From the NCBI GenBank assembly GCA_963734535.1, contig CAVTHS010000005.1, positions 1 to 64,000 of the forward strand: a stretch of DNA of 64,000 nt, in the 5' to 3' direction. The notes beneath the pieces were generated by a model. That model was not told the DNA's origin and ran no database searches. It saw nothing but the letters and a program-made list of their open reading frames with translations. This document shows, in pieces, positions 33,303 to 42,730 of this stretch. The position numbers and the translations under genes were made by a program. Within the stretch, counting starts at the first letter, position 1, and the number at the start of each line of letters is the position of its first letter. This stretch comes from an uncultured Chloroflexia bacterium (lineage in GTDB: Bacteria; Chloroflexota; Limnocylindria; Limnocylindrales; CSP1-4).

Positions 33303-34280
33303 ATGCAGACGGACCTTCGCGGCCGCGACCTCATCAGCCTCCAGGAATGGACGAAGGAGGAGATCGACACCGTCCTCGAGGTCGCCCTCCAGCTGAAGCG
33401 CGAGCGGGCGCTCGGGATCCCGCACCCGCTCCTGCGGGATCGCGTCCTGGCCATGCTCTTCTTCTTCTCCTCCACCCGAACGCGCGCCTCGTTCGAGGCG
33501 GGCATGGCCCAGCTGGGCGGCCATGCCCAGTTCATCGAGAGCCGCACCACCCAGATCTCGCATGGCGACACGCCGAAGGAGATCGGCGAGATCCTGGGCC
33601 GCTACAACGACGGGATCGCCATCCGGAACGTCGACTGGGGCGTCGGGAACCAGTACATCCGGGACGTGGCTGCGGCCAGCCGCGTGCCCGTCCTCAACAT
33701 GCAGTGCGACCTGTTCCACCCGCACCAGTCGCTCGCCGACCTGCTCACCATCCACGAGAAGAAGGGCAATCCCCGGGGACGCACGATCGCGATCAGCTGG
33801 GCCTACGCAGCCAGCTACCAGAAGCCGATCAGCGTGCCCGTGGACCTCTCGCTCCTCACGACCCGCTACGGGATGCACGTCCGGCTGGTCCATCCGCCGG
33901 AGTTCAAGCTCCCTGCCGACATCGTCGCGCAGGCGGCGGAGAATGCACGGCGGTCGGGCGGCAGCTTCGAGCTGATGGACGACTTCGACGCCGGCATGGC
34001 GGGCGCGGACGTCGTGTACGCGAAGAGCTGGGGCGCCATGCTCACGGCCAAGGACGAGACCGAGGGCGCCGAGATCGCCAGGAAGTACACGGACTGGATC
34101 ACCGACGAGCGGCGGATCGGCCTCGCGGCCGAGGACGCGATCTACATGCATCCGCTTCCCGCCGACCGCGGCGTCGAGGTGGCCGACGCGGTGATCGATG
34201 GGCCCCACTCGGTGGTCTACGACGAGGCCGAGAACCGGCTCCACGCCCAGAAGGCGGTCATGGCCCTCACGATGCGGTAG
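33303..34280 (+). CDS. YgeW-like carbamoyltransferase (ornithine/aspartate carbamoyltransferase family)
   Basis: SSTRTRASF, QISHGDT, NMQCDLFHPHQ, SWAYAASYQKPISVP (recalls YgeW WAYSPSYGKPLSVP), YAKSW, MHPLPAD. Confidence 0.82.
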   Translation: MQTDLRGRDLISLQEWTKEEIDTVLEVALQLKRERALGIPHPLLRDRVLAMLFFFSSTRTRASFEAGMAQLGGHAQFIESRTTQISHGDTPKEIGEILGRYNDGIAIRNVDWGVGNQYIRDVAAASRVPVLNMQCDLFHPHQSLADLLTIHEKKGNPRGRTIAISWAYAASYQKPISVPVDLSLLTTRYGMHVRLVHPPEFKLPADIVAQAAENARRSGGSFELMDDFDAGMAGADVVYAKSWGAMLTAKDETEGAEIARKYTDWITDERRIGLAAEDAIYMHPLPADRGVEVADAVIDGPHSVVYDEAENRLHAQKAVMALTMR

Positions 34281-34302
34281 CGCATCGGCATCGCCACGGG
34301 TC

Positions 34303-35109
34303 TCAGCGCGCGGCACTTGGCCGAACACGGCCCGGGCGCGCGGCCCTGAGCTGCGCGCCCCCTGCATCTGTCCAGACCAGCCCCGGAACGCGGGGCATCG
34401 CACACGTCGGGTCGTCGAGCGCGCGCAGCCACTCGCTTCCCGCGGCCGGGAAGCGAGCCCGGAAGAGCGGCGCCAGCTCGAGGACGAGCGCCCGGTTTCG
34501 GCGGGTACCCCGGATGACCCACGCTCCGGCGACCGTCCAACCTGGCAGCCTGCGTCTCACCGCCGCCACCTTCTCGTCGAAGGATCGCATGGCCTGGCCG
34601 ACGTCGAGCAGGAGATCCCAGATCTCGAACACCGCGGCTTCCCGGGATCCGGTGCGAGTGGTGAGCACATCGATGACGCGACCGGTCGATCCCACGACGA
34701 CCGGCATCTCCGGCGCGACGGCCCACGATCCGGCGGAAGCCCGCTCCACGATGGCGCTCTGGCGCCGCAGGTGCTCGATGTCGCGGGGCGGATCAGCTCC
34801 GGGCGCCCGGTCGAGGAATCCGACGAGCTCCTGGCCAACGGTGGCAGCGGCAATCGCCCACGTCGCGAGCGGTGCGCTGGCACCGAGCCCGCGCTCGAGG
34901 TTGCTCCATCGGGCCTGGCTCAGGCGCGCGCTCGCCGCGCAATCCCGCTGGGTCCTGCCGGTGTGCGCGCGGGCATCCCTGAGCGCGACGCCCAACCGAG
35001 CCGCAACGTGGTTTGCACGACGCCGTCCGGCGAGCACCTCCCGGGTGGCCCGTCGCTTCGGTCCCGGGGGGCTGGTCGCACGCGGGCCCTCGTCAAGGTC
35101 AGTCGCCAT
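34303..35109 (-). CDS. XRE-type helix-turn-helix protein with a C-terminal PD-(D/E)XK-like domain
   Basis: LRDARAHTGRTQRDCAASARLSQARWSNLERG HTH; C-terminal E...IDVL...AVFEIW pattern. Confidence 0.65.
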   Translation of the reverse strand: MATDLDEGPRATSPPGPKRRATREVLAGRRRANHVAARLGVALRDARAHTGRTQRDCAASARLSQARWSNLERGLGASAPLATWAIAAATVGQELVGFLDRAPGADPPRDIEHLRRQSAIVERASAGSWAVAPEMPVVVGSTGRVIDVLTTRTGSREAAVFEIWDLLLDVGQAMRSFDEKVAAVRRRLPGWTVAGAWVIRGTRRNRALVLELAPLFRARFPAAGSEWLRALDDPTCAMPRVPGLVWTDAGGAQLRAARPGRVRPSAAR

Positions 35110-35456
35110 ATCAACGCCATGATTACCGGACGGGCTTTGCCCCGGCTTATCCGGGTTCCGCCGACGGCCGGGCCCTTCGGCACCGCCCGAACCCGGGTCG
35201 GCCGAGCGTCGCGTGCCTGGATGTCGGCGCCCTCAGCGGCCTCGGGCCAGCGTGCAACCGGGCCGCGGCTCTGTCGGCGCGCGTCTCGCCCGGATTCCTG
35301 TCGGCGAGTGACGGGGTTGATACGTCGATAGGTTCGTTCGACCAGGGCCCACGCGACGAGCGTCGCCCGCGGCCTCCCTCGCAGTGACGCCGCCTGAAGG
35401 CGTCCCGCCGGCGGCCCGCAGAGGGGCCCCACCGGTCCCATGCCGCCAGCGGTCCT

Positions 35457-36809
35457 TCAGAAGGCCTCGAGGTAGCGGTCCAGCTCCCACTGGGTGACCT
35501 GGGCGCGGTATTCGTCCCATTCGGCCTGCTTGGCATCGAGGTAGTGCTCGAGCACGTGCTCCCCGAGCGCGTCGCAGATGACCGGGTCGGACTTGAGCTC
35601 CTCGAGCGCGTCGCCCAGCGTTCCCGGAAGCTCCTTGATCCCGCGCTCGGTGACGCGCGCGGCATCCATCTCGAAGAGCGACTCCTCGACCGGGTCGGCG
35701 AGCGTGAGACCGTTCTCGACGCCGTCGAGACCCGCCGCGATCATCACGGCGAACGCGAGGTAGGCGTTCGAGGACGGGTCCGGGCAGCGCACCTCGGCGC
35801 GGGTGCCCTCGATGGACTTGCCCGGCGAGATCATGGGGACGCGGATGAGCGCCGAGCGGTTCGTGCGGCCCCACGTGATGTAGGTCGGCGCCTCGTACCC
35901 CGGCACCAGGCGCTTGTACGAGTTCACCGTGGGCGCGAGGATCGCGACCATCGAGCGCGCATGGGCCAGGATCCCGGCCATGTACGAGCGGGCCAGGTCC
36001 GAGAGCCCGTACTTGTTGGCGGGATCGGCGAACGCGTTCCGCTTGTCGGCGATCGAGTACAGGCTCTGGTGCGTGTGCATGCCTGAGCCGTTGATCCCGA
36101 AGATGGGCTTGGGCATGAACGTGGCGTAGAGGCCGTGCTGCTGGGCGATCGCCTTGAGCGCAAACTTGAAGGTCACGGCGTTGTCGGCCGTGCGAAGCGC
36201 GTCCGAGTACTCGAAGTCGATCTCGTGCTGACCCGCGGCGACCTCGTGATGGGCGGCCTCCACCCTGATCCCGAAGGCCTCGAGCGCATCCACCATGTCC
36301 TGGCGGACCTCCTGCGCGAGGTCGGTCGAGAAGTCGAAGTAGCCCGCCAGGTCGTGCGGGAGCGGCGCGACCTTGCCGTTCGCGTCGCGGTTGAAGAGGA
36401 AGAACTCCAGCTCCGGCCCCATGTTGACGATGAAGCCGAGCTTCCTGGCGCGCTCGACCTGTCGGCGCAGGACGAAGCGCGGGTCGCCCACGAACGGCTC
36501 ACCGCGCGGCGTGAAGACGTCGCAGATGATGCGGGCGGTGCCCCGGGGACCGCTCGCCGGCTGCCACGGGATCTCCGCATACGTGCTCATGTCCGGCATC
36601 AGGTACTGGTCCGACTCGGCGATCCGGGTGAATCCCTCGATCGAGGACCCGTCGAACCACGTCCCGTGCTTGACCGAGCTCTCCAGCTGGTGGATCGGGA
36701 TCGTGACTGCCTTGACGATCCCCAGGACGTCGGTGAACTGGAGCTGGATGAACCGGATCCCGTCCGCCTGGGCCTTCTTGATGATCGCGAGCGCGGCGGA
36801 CTCGGCCAC
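35457..36809 (-). CDS. glnA: Glutamine synthetase type I
   Basis: LQFTDVLG, FDGSSIEGF, GPELEFF, HHEVAAGQHEI, TFMPKP...NGSGMH, NSYKRLVPGYEAP, EVRCPD; GGAGG RBS before GTG. Confidence 0.95.
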   Translation of the reverse strand: MAESAALAIIKKAQADGIRFIQLQFTDVLGIVKAVTIPIHQLESSVKHGTWFDGSSIEGFTRIAESDQYLMPDMSTYAEIPWQPASGPRGTARIICDVFTPRGEPFVGDPRFVLRRQVERARKLGFIVNMGPELEFFLFNRDANGKVAPLPHDLAGYFDFSTDLAQEVRQDMVDALEAFGIRVEAAHHEVAAGQHEIDFEYSDALRTADNAVTFKFALKAIAQQHGLYATFMPKPIFGINGSGMHTHQSLYSIADKRNAFADPANKYGLSDLARSYMAGILAHARSMVAILAPTVNSYKRLVPGYEAPTYITWGRTNRSALIRVPMISPGKSIEGTRAEVRCPDPSSNAYLAFAVMIAAGLDGVENGLTLADPVEESLFEMDAARVTERGIKELPGTLGDALEELKSDPVICDALGEHVLEHYLDAKQAEWDEYRAQVTQWELDRYLEAF

Positions 36810-36904
36810 CTTAACCTCCTCGAGCAGGGACGGGCATGCGGGGCCCGCCGCTCACGTGTGTCGTTCGAACGTCACCAGCGACGATCGACCGTCGGGCGGC
36901 CCCG

Positions 36905-36913
36905 AGGATAGCA
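36905..36913 (-). promoter_or_regulatory. Candidate extended -10 (TGCTATCCT) for glnA
   Basis: TG-n-TAnnnT about 95 bp upstream of the start; no clear -35. Confidence 0.35.
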
Positions 36914-37048
36914 GCGGATACCCACGGGAACCACGCGCGATCGCTCCCCCCGCCGCGAACGTCGGACGCGCTCGAGACGTTCGGAGCCCCTCCGGCCGAG
37001 GCTCGAAGAGGCTCCGGGAACGGATGCGCGCGGACCGAGCCCGCCGGC

Positions 37049-39196
37049 TCAGTACTGGAACAGCAGCTCGCGATACTTGGGAAGCGGCCAGAGGTCATCG
37101 GACACGAGCGCCTCGAGCTCGTCGGCCACGGCGCGCACGTCGTTCTGGGCGGGGATGACCTTGACGCAGAACGCCGTCGCCTCGGCCTGCACCGAGCTGG
37201 CGCCGTGGGCGGCATGCTGTGCCGCCTCGAGCACGTGGATCGCGTCCACGAGCCCGTCCGCGAGGGCTGCCACCCTGTCCGCGACGGCAGCCACGCCCTT
37301 CGATCGCCCGGACGCAGCCGCGAGCTCGCCAAGGTACCGGGCGGCCGCGGGCAGGATCATGGTGGTTGCCATGTCCAGGGTGCAGTTGGCTTCGATGTTC
37401 TGCACCTTGACGTAGCGCTCCCAGTTGATCTCGACGCGTGCGGCGAGCTCCCGCTCGGAGAGCACGCCGAACTTCGAGAACAGCGCCTTGGCCTTCGGCG
37501 TCGTCAGGGCGGGGAGCGCGTCGACGGTCGACTTGTTGTTGGGCAGCCCACGCTTGGCAGCCTCCGCGTGCCACTCGTCGGCGTAGTTGTTACCTTCGAA
37601 CAGGACCTGCTTGTTCTTCCCGACGATCCCGGACAGGATCGTGGTCAGCCCCTCGAAGTCGCCGTGCTCGAGCTTCTCGAGCTCGTCGGCAAGCTTGGCC
37701 AGCGAGTCGGCCACCGCGGTGTTGAGGACGGTCTGGGGCCAGTAGATCGGGGCCGACGAGCCGACCGCGCGGAACTCGAACTTGTTGCCCGTGAACGCGA
37801 ACGGCGACGTCCGGTTGCGGTCGGTGGCGTCCTTCGGCAGGACCGGCAGCGACGTGACGCCGAGCTCCAGGGACCCGCCCTTCTTGGAGGCGGACGCGGC
37901 GCCCTTCTCCAGCTGCTCGATGACATCCTCGAGCTGCGAGCCGAGGAAGATCGAGACGATGGCCGGAGGCGCCTCGTTCGCGCCCAGCCGGTGGTCGTTG
38001 CCGGCGTCGGCGATGCTCGCGCGCAGGAGGTCCGCGTGGACGTTGACGCCGCGGATGACCGCGACCAGGAAGGCGAGGAACTGCGCGTTCGCGTGCGGGT
38101 CGTGGCCTGGATCGAGGAGGTTCTCGCCTTCGTCCGTGGCCATCGACCAGTTGTTGTGCTTGCCCGAGCCGTTGATCCCGGCGAACGGCTTCTCGTGGAC
38201 CAGGAACATCAGGTCGTGCTGGCGCGCGAGGCGCCGCATCATGCTCAGGACGACCATGTTGTGGTCGGATCCGACCGACGTCGGCTCGTAGACCGGGGCC
38301 ATCTCGAACTGGGCGGGCGCCACCTCGTTGTGGCGCGTCTTGGACGGGATGCCCATCCGCCAGAGCTCGCGATCGAGGTCCATCATGAACGCGAGCATCC
38401 GCTCGCGGATGGTGCCGAAGTACTGGTCCTCCAGCTCCTGGCCCTTGGGCGACGGGGCGCCGAAGAGCGTGCGGCCGGTCAGGACGAGGTCGGGGCGCTG
38501 CTCCGCCAGGCGTCGGTCGACCAGGAAATACTCCTGCTCCGGACCGATGTTGGTGAACACGCGGCTCGCGGTCGTGTTGTCGAACCAGCGGAGCACGCGC
38601 AGGGCCTGCGTGCCGAGCGCCTCCTGTGAGCGCAGCATCGGGATCTTGTGGTCCAGCGCCTCGCCGGTGTACGAGACGAACGCCGTCGGGATCGTCAGCG
38701 TCACGCCGTTCGGCTCGACCTGCAGGAAGATCGGGCTGGTGAGGTCCCAGGCGGTGTAGCCACGGGCCTCGAAGGTGGACCGGATGCCGCCGGACGGGAA
38801 CGAGCTCGCATCGGGCTCGCCCTGGAGGAGGTTCCTGCCGGAGAACTCGGCAACCGTCCGGCCGTCGCCGGTCGGGTTGAGGAACGAGTCGTGCTTCTCG
38901 GCCGTGGAGCCGGTCATCGGCACGAACCAGTGGGTGTAGTGGGTCGCCCCGTGGGAGAGCGCCCATTCCTTGACGCCGTGCGCGACCGCGTCGGCGATCA
39001 CGGAGTCGAAGGGCTCGAGGCCGTCGATCGTGCGGCGCAGCCGCCGCAGGATCGGCCTGGGCAGGTACTGCCGCTGGGCGACCTCGTCGAACACGTAGCT
39101 GCCGTAGATCTCCTCGCCGGCGTGCTCGAGATAGTCCTGGGTGGAGGCGACGCGGTGGTTGGAGATCGCCTCGATGGCCGTGGTTCGAGCGGTCAT
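37049..39196 (-). CDS. Glutamine synthetase type III
   Basis: GATHYTHWF...TAEKHDSF, EPDASSFPSGG, ARGYTAWD, GPEQEYF, NGSGKHNNWS, DRNRTSPFAFTGNKFEFR, WPLPKY. Confidence 0.95.
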   Translation of the reverse strand: MTARTTAIEAISNHRVASTQDYLEHAGEEIYGSYVFDEVAQRQYLPRPILRRLRRTIDGLEPFDSVIADAVAHGVKEWALSHGATHYTHWFVPMTGSTAEKHDSFLNPTGDGRTVAEFSGRNLLQGEPDASSFPSGGIRSTFEARGYTAWDLTSPIFLQVEPNGVTLTIPTAFVSYTGEALDHKIPMLRSQEALGTQALRVLRWFDNTTASRVFTNIGPEQEYFLVDRRLAEQRPDLVLTGRTLFGAPSPKGQELEDQYFGTIRERMLAFMMDLDRELWRMGIPSKTRHNEVAPAQFEMAPVYEPTSVGSDHNMVVLSMMRRLARQHDLMFLVHEKPFAGINGSGKHNNWSMATDEGENLLDPGHDPHANAQFLAFLVAVIRGVNVHADLLRASIADAGNDHRLGANEAPPAIVSIFLGSQLEDVIEQLEKGAASASKKGGSLELGVTSLPVLPKDATDRNRTSPFAFTGNKFEFRAVGSSAPIYWPQTVLNTAVADSLAKLADELEKLEHGDFEGLTTILSGIVGKNKQVLFEGNNYADEWHAEAAKRGLPNNKSTVDALPALTTPKAKALFSKFGVLSERELAARVEINWERYVKVQNIEANCTLDMATTMILPAAARYLGELAAASGRSKGVAAVADRVAALADGLVDAIHVLEAAQHAAHGASSVQAEATAFCVKVIPAQNDVRAVADELEALVSDDLWPLPKYRELLFQY

Positions 39197-39260
39197 GTGA
39201 CTCCTACCTGGTTGATGGGCGCGTGCTCCGCCTGCCTGGGACCGGATCGGCGCGGCGCGG

Positions 39261-39332
39261 CGCGTGAGCGCCGCCCTCGGGCGACGCGTGAGCGACGCCC
39301 CCGGGCGACGCGTGAGCGCCGCCCTCGGGCTA
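39261..39332 (+). repeat. Three tandem 24-bp repeats in the GSIII leader
   Basis: CGCGTGAGCG(C/A)CGCCC(T/C)CGGGC(G/T)A x3; each unit contains a CGCC...GGC(G) inverted repeat. Confidence 0.9.
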
Positions 39333-39376
39333 CGCATGATCGGAACGCGAGGGACGCATCCGGGATCGAGGGGAAG

Positions 39377-39405
39377 AAACTACCCCACCGCGGTGAGCAG
39401 TCCAA
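39377..39405 (-). promoter_or_regulatory. Candidate sigma70 promoter of GSIII
   Basis: TTGGAC-N17-TAGTTT; the spacer contains GCTCACCGCGGT. Confidence 0.5.
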
Positions 39406-39486
39406 GGCCCCGGGTCGCGGAATCTCCGAAATGTCCCGCAAATGAAACGTATCCGCGGCTGTACCTACACGCTGGACCGTCGCGGG

Positions 39487-40944
39487 TCAGCCGGCGGGAC
39501 GCCGCCGCGCGACGAGGTCCGTGAGAAGCGCCCCGAACTCGCGTCGCAGGTCCACGTAACGGTCCGCGTGCGCCGCCAGGCGAACCTCGCCCGCCGGCGC
39601 GATGCGTGCCCAGACGCGCCGGCGCGGGAAGTAGAACGTGATCGCCAGCCCCAGGATCAGGAGCAGGAAGCTGAACCACACGATCGGCGCGCCGGGATCG
39701 CGCCGGACGACGATCCCCGAGTAGGCAGAGATGGCGTCGACGGTGACGGTGAAGTCGACGTTCTGCGGCGCGGCAGAGTCGCCAGGACCCGCGAGCCCCT
39801 GGAACAGGGTCTGGTACGCGGTGGGGTTGCCGGCGGCGTCGGTGGCGGTGGGCCGCACCGCCACCACGAAGAGCGGCGTCGGGGTGCCGGCCTTCGCCAT
39901 CACCAGCTGGACGACCGCGTCGCGGCCGGGCACGACGAGCTGCCCGGTCGGAAGCCCACCGGCAGAGGAATCGAGCGGGACCGGTCCCGACCACAGGAGG
40001 CCGCCGCCGCGCGCCCGGATCGTCAGGTCGATGGCCGGCCCGAAGAAGTTCTGGTGGAACGTGTACCCGCCCGCGCTCAGCGGATCGTTGACCCGGATGG
40101 TCTTCCGCGCGATCTCGCGCCCGTCCTGGTAGACGGCGAGGTCGGTCGCGAAGTCCATGAACCGGCCGCTGGCGTCCTGCGGTGCCTGGAAGGCGAGGTT
40201 CTTGACGCTCACCAGGCCGGATGTCCCGATGCTCTCGATGGGGATCGCCTGCCCGATCGGGAGGAGGAGCCCGGACTCGAAGCCGAACCGGCTCGTCACG
40301 GCGGCGGCAAGCAGGAACCCCACCAGCCCCGCGTGGCTGATGAGCGTCGCCATCTTCACGTACTGGTGGCGATCGCCGTAGACGTAGCGCGTTCCGTCGG
40401 CGGCCGATTCCTCCCGGATCCGGAACCGGGCGCGCCGCAACGCAGCCCGGACGTCGTCGGCCGCGAGGCCCTCCGCGATCACGGCTCGGTCGGGCACGCC
40501 CGGGTCATAGAAGGCGTCCGGCTGGCGGACCCTGACGTGGCGCGACTGGCGCCACAGGCGCGGCGTCCGGTCCAGCGTGCAGACGACGATGGAGACGACG
40601 AGGAGGGCCAGCAGGAGCGTGAACCACCACGCGCTGAAGACGCGGAAGAGCTGGAGCCGTTCGAGGAACGAGACCGCACCGGCCCCGAGCGACGGCTCGA
40701 GGCGGGCCCGGACCTTGTCCATCTGCTCGACGTAGTCGGCCGCGCTGCGGGCGGCGATCGAGGGGAGCTGGGGCAGGATGATCCCGACCACGCCTGCGAG
40801 CGCGATCGCCACGATCTGGACGACCGCGAAGCGCACCGAGGTGAGGAGCCGGTAGACGCCACGCCCCAGGCTCGCGACCGGGTTCGTCGGCCGGCGCGCG
40901 AGGATCGCCGGGCCGCCGTCCGGCAGGGCGCGCGTCGTGGCCAC
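39487..40944 (-). CDS. resB: Cytochrome c biogenesis protein ResB/Ccs1
   Basis: LLTSVRFAVV...ILPQ, FSAWWF...CTLDR, HAGLV, IRVNDPL...HQ, RDPGAPIVW...FPRRRVW. Confidence 0.88.
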   Translation of the reverse strand: MATTRALPDGGPAILARRPTNPVASLGRGVYRLLTSVRFAVVQIVAIALAGVVGIILPQLPSIAARSAADYVEQMDKVRARLEPSLGAGAVSFLERLQLFRVFSAWWFTLLLALLVVSIVVCTLDRTPRLWRQSRHVRVRQPDAFYDPGVPDRAVIAEGLAADDVRAALRRARFRIREESAADGTRYVYGDRHQYVKMATLISHAGLVGFLLAAAVTSRFGFESGLLLPIGQAIPIESIGTSGLVSVKNLAFQAPQDASGRFMDFATDLAVYQDGREIARKTIRVNDPLSAGGYTFHQNFFGPAIDLTIRARGGGLLWSGPVPLDSSAGGLPTGQLVVPGRDAVVQLVMAKAGTPTPLFVVAVRPTATDAAGNPTAYQTLFQGLAGPGDSAAPQNVDFTVTVDAISAYSGIVVRRDPGAPIVWFSFLLLILGLAITFYFPRRRVWARIAPAGEVRLAAHADRYVDLRREFGALLTDLVARRRPAG

Positions 40945-40947
40945 GGG

Positions 40948-41106
40948 TCAGGCGGTCGCGGGTGTCGGTGCGGCGACGCCGAATGCCACCGCGGACGTGG
41001 CGCGGGCGGCATCGGTCTGGCAGACCGGGACCGACGAAGGCGGCTGATCCACGCGCGGAACCGATGTCGCCGCCCGGATCGCGCGCGTCGTGAACCCGTC
41101 ATCCAT
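40948..41106 (-). pseudogene. Possible remnant of a Cys/Met-metabolism PLP enzyme (cystathionine gamma-synthase/lyase family)
   Basis: 52-aa ORF MDDGFTTRAIRAA...PSSVPVCQT resembles the family N-terminus (GFxTRAIH...PIYQT) and then ends abruptly. Confidence 0.5.
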
Positions 41107-41173
41107 CGCCGGATCGTACACCGACGCCCGACGGCGCCCGTCCGGCACGCCCGCGGAACCCGCGGACCCGGCC

Positions 41174-42481
41174 TCAGCCCGCCCGGTCCATCTCCCGGCC
41201 GACGGGGACCGGCGTGCGACGCCCGGCGGCCGGCGATGCCGGGACCATGACGGGCGTCATCTCGCCCGGTGCGGCGTACGGCCCGCCGATCCGGTTCTTG
41301 CCGCGCTGCTTCGCCGCATACATGGCCTCGTCGACCGCATCGATCAGCTGGTCGAGGGTTCCCCCGTCGTCGGGCCATGCCACCAGCCCGATCGAGACGC
41401 TCACCGGGACCGGCCCATCCCGTTCGATCGTGCGCATCGCGGCGACGCCCTGGCGGATCTTCTCGGCCACCACGAACGCGCCGGTGGGGTCCGTCTCGGG
41501 AAGGAGCACCACGTACTCGTCGCCCCCGAGGCGCGCGGAGGTGTCGATCCGGCGAACGCCGTCGCGGATGACGTCGGCAACGCCGGCGAGGACATGGTCC
41601 CCGGCGCGGTGCCCGTACGAGTCGTTGACCTCCTTGAGGTTGTCGAGATCGGCCATCAGGAGGCAGAAGCCGCGCCCGTACCGCGTCCCTCGCTCGATCT
41701 CGCGCTCGATCGCGGCGATGATGTAGGCCCGGTTCGCGAGCCCGGTCAGCGCGTCCGTCGTCGACATGCGGACCGCGGCCAGTCGCGTGCGTCGCTGCTC
41801 GCGCGCAACGACCATCGCAACATAGGCGAGCAGGATGAGCGAGACGAGGTTGACGCCGACGACCGCGATCAGCCCCACGTCGGGACCGCCCGGCGCAAGC
41901 TCGACCGCGATGGCGGCGAGGTAGCTCGCCGCGGCAAGCACCACCAGGATCACGGTCGCGGCCGGCGGCACGACCAGGGCCGCGCCGACGACGATCAGCA
42001 CGAAGGCGAAGAAGAACGGGCTCGCGCCCCCGCCCGTCAGCAGCACGATGAGCGTCACGAAGACGATCGAGACGCCGCCCTCCACCAGGTACTTCGCGCG
42101 GCCAAGGGCCCCGGCGGGCAGGAGGTCATGGGCGACCAGGACGAACAGGCCGGCAATGCCGAGGATCGCGTAGATCGCCCCCTGCCGGTCCGGCCACAGG
42201 CCGCTCGTGGACACGAGGATCGCCGTGGAGAGGATCCAGGCCCAGCCGGCGATCCGCACCACGCGGTCGTAGGCGCCGATCGGGACGCCGTCGCCGACGC
42301 CCGCGCCCCCGTCGAGCGAGGTAAGGGTCCGGAAGTCGATCGGGGCGAGCGACGCGACCCCGGCCGGGTTTCGTGCGTTCCAGCGCCGACGCTGGAGGAG
42401 CAGCGTCGCAAATGCGGCGACCAACGCACCGTCCACGACGCCGACCGCGATCAGGCCCAGCACAAGGCCGGCGTTGGACAC
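41174..42481 (-). CDS. Membrane-bound diguanylate cyclase (GGDEF domain)
   Basis: Several TM helices, DALTGLANR, DLDNLKEVNDSYGHRAGD, RxxD I-site followed by RLGGDEY. Confidence 0.9.
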   Translation of the reverse strand: MSNAGLVLGLIAVGVVDGALVAAFATLLLQRRRWNARNPAGVASLAPIDFRTLTSLDGGAGVGDGVPIGAYDRVVRIAGWAWILSTAILVSTSGLWPDRQGAIYAILGIAGLFVLVAHDLLPAGALGRAKYLVEGGVSIVFVTLIVLLTGGGASPFFFAFVLIVVGAALVVPPAATVILVVLAAASYLAAIAVELAPGGPDVGLIAVVGVNLVSLILLAYVAMVVAREQRRTRLAAVRMSTTDALTGLANRAYIIAAIEREIERGTRYGRGFCLLMADLDNLKEVNDSYGHRAGDHVLAGVADVIRDGVRRIDTSARLGGDEYVVLLPETDPTGAFVVAEKIRQGVAAMRTIERDGPVPVSVSIGLVAWPDDGGTLDQLIDAVDEAMYAAKQRGKNRIGGPYAAPGEMTPVMVPASPAAGRRTPVPVGREMDRAG

Positions 42482-42644
42482 GCTGCTCCTCTGTCGGGCG
42501 CTCGTCCCGGACGCGGTGGTGACGGAACGCCCTGCCCAAGCATTCTATCCGCGGGCGGCCGGTTGCGATCGACGGCGTCGCATTCGCGCAACGCTGATTC
42601 GTCGCGGGCGGGCGTCTCAGCCGACGGGAATCCCGGCTCCGAGG

Positions 42645-42674
42645 ATTGCGGCGCCGGGCGACGGTCTGCTAGCG
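42645..42674 (+). promoter_or_regulatory. Candidate promoter of the Lrp/AsnC gene
   Basis: TTGCGG-N18-TAGCGT with an extended TG. Confidence 0.4.
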
Positions 42675-42730
42675 TCCGTGGCGAGGGGGCGGCGCGCGCC
42701 CCACGCCCATGCCCCGGAGGTTGCCCGCCG

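Noticed and set aside
35170-35183. GGGCCCTTCGGCAC as a fifth palindrome A site
   Set aside because: Imperfect, lacks the AAC flank, and has no -10 at the conserved spacing
36810-39370. Glutamine (glnA) riboswitch in the GS leaders
   Set aside because: The conserved core of that motif was not recognisable; only generic GC-rich hairpins and repeats are present
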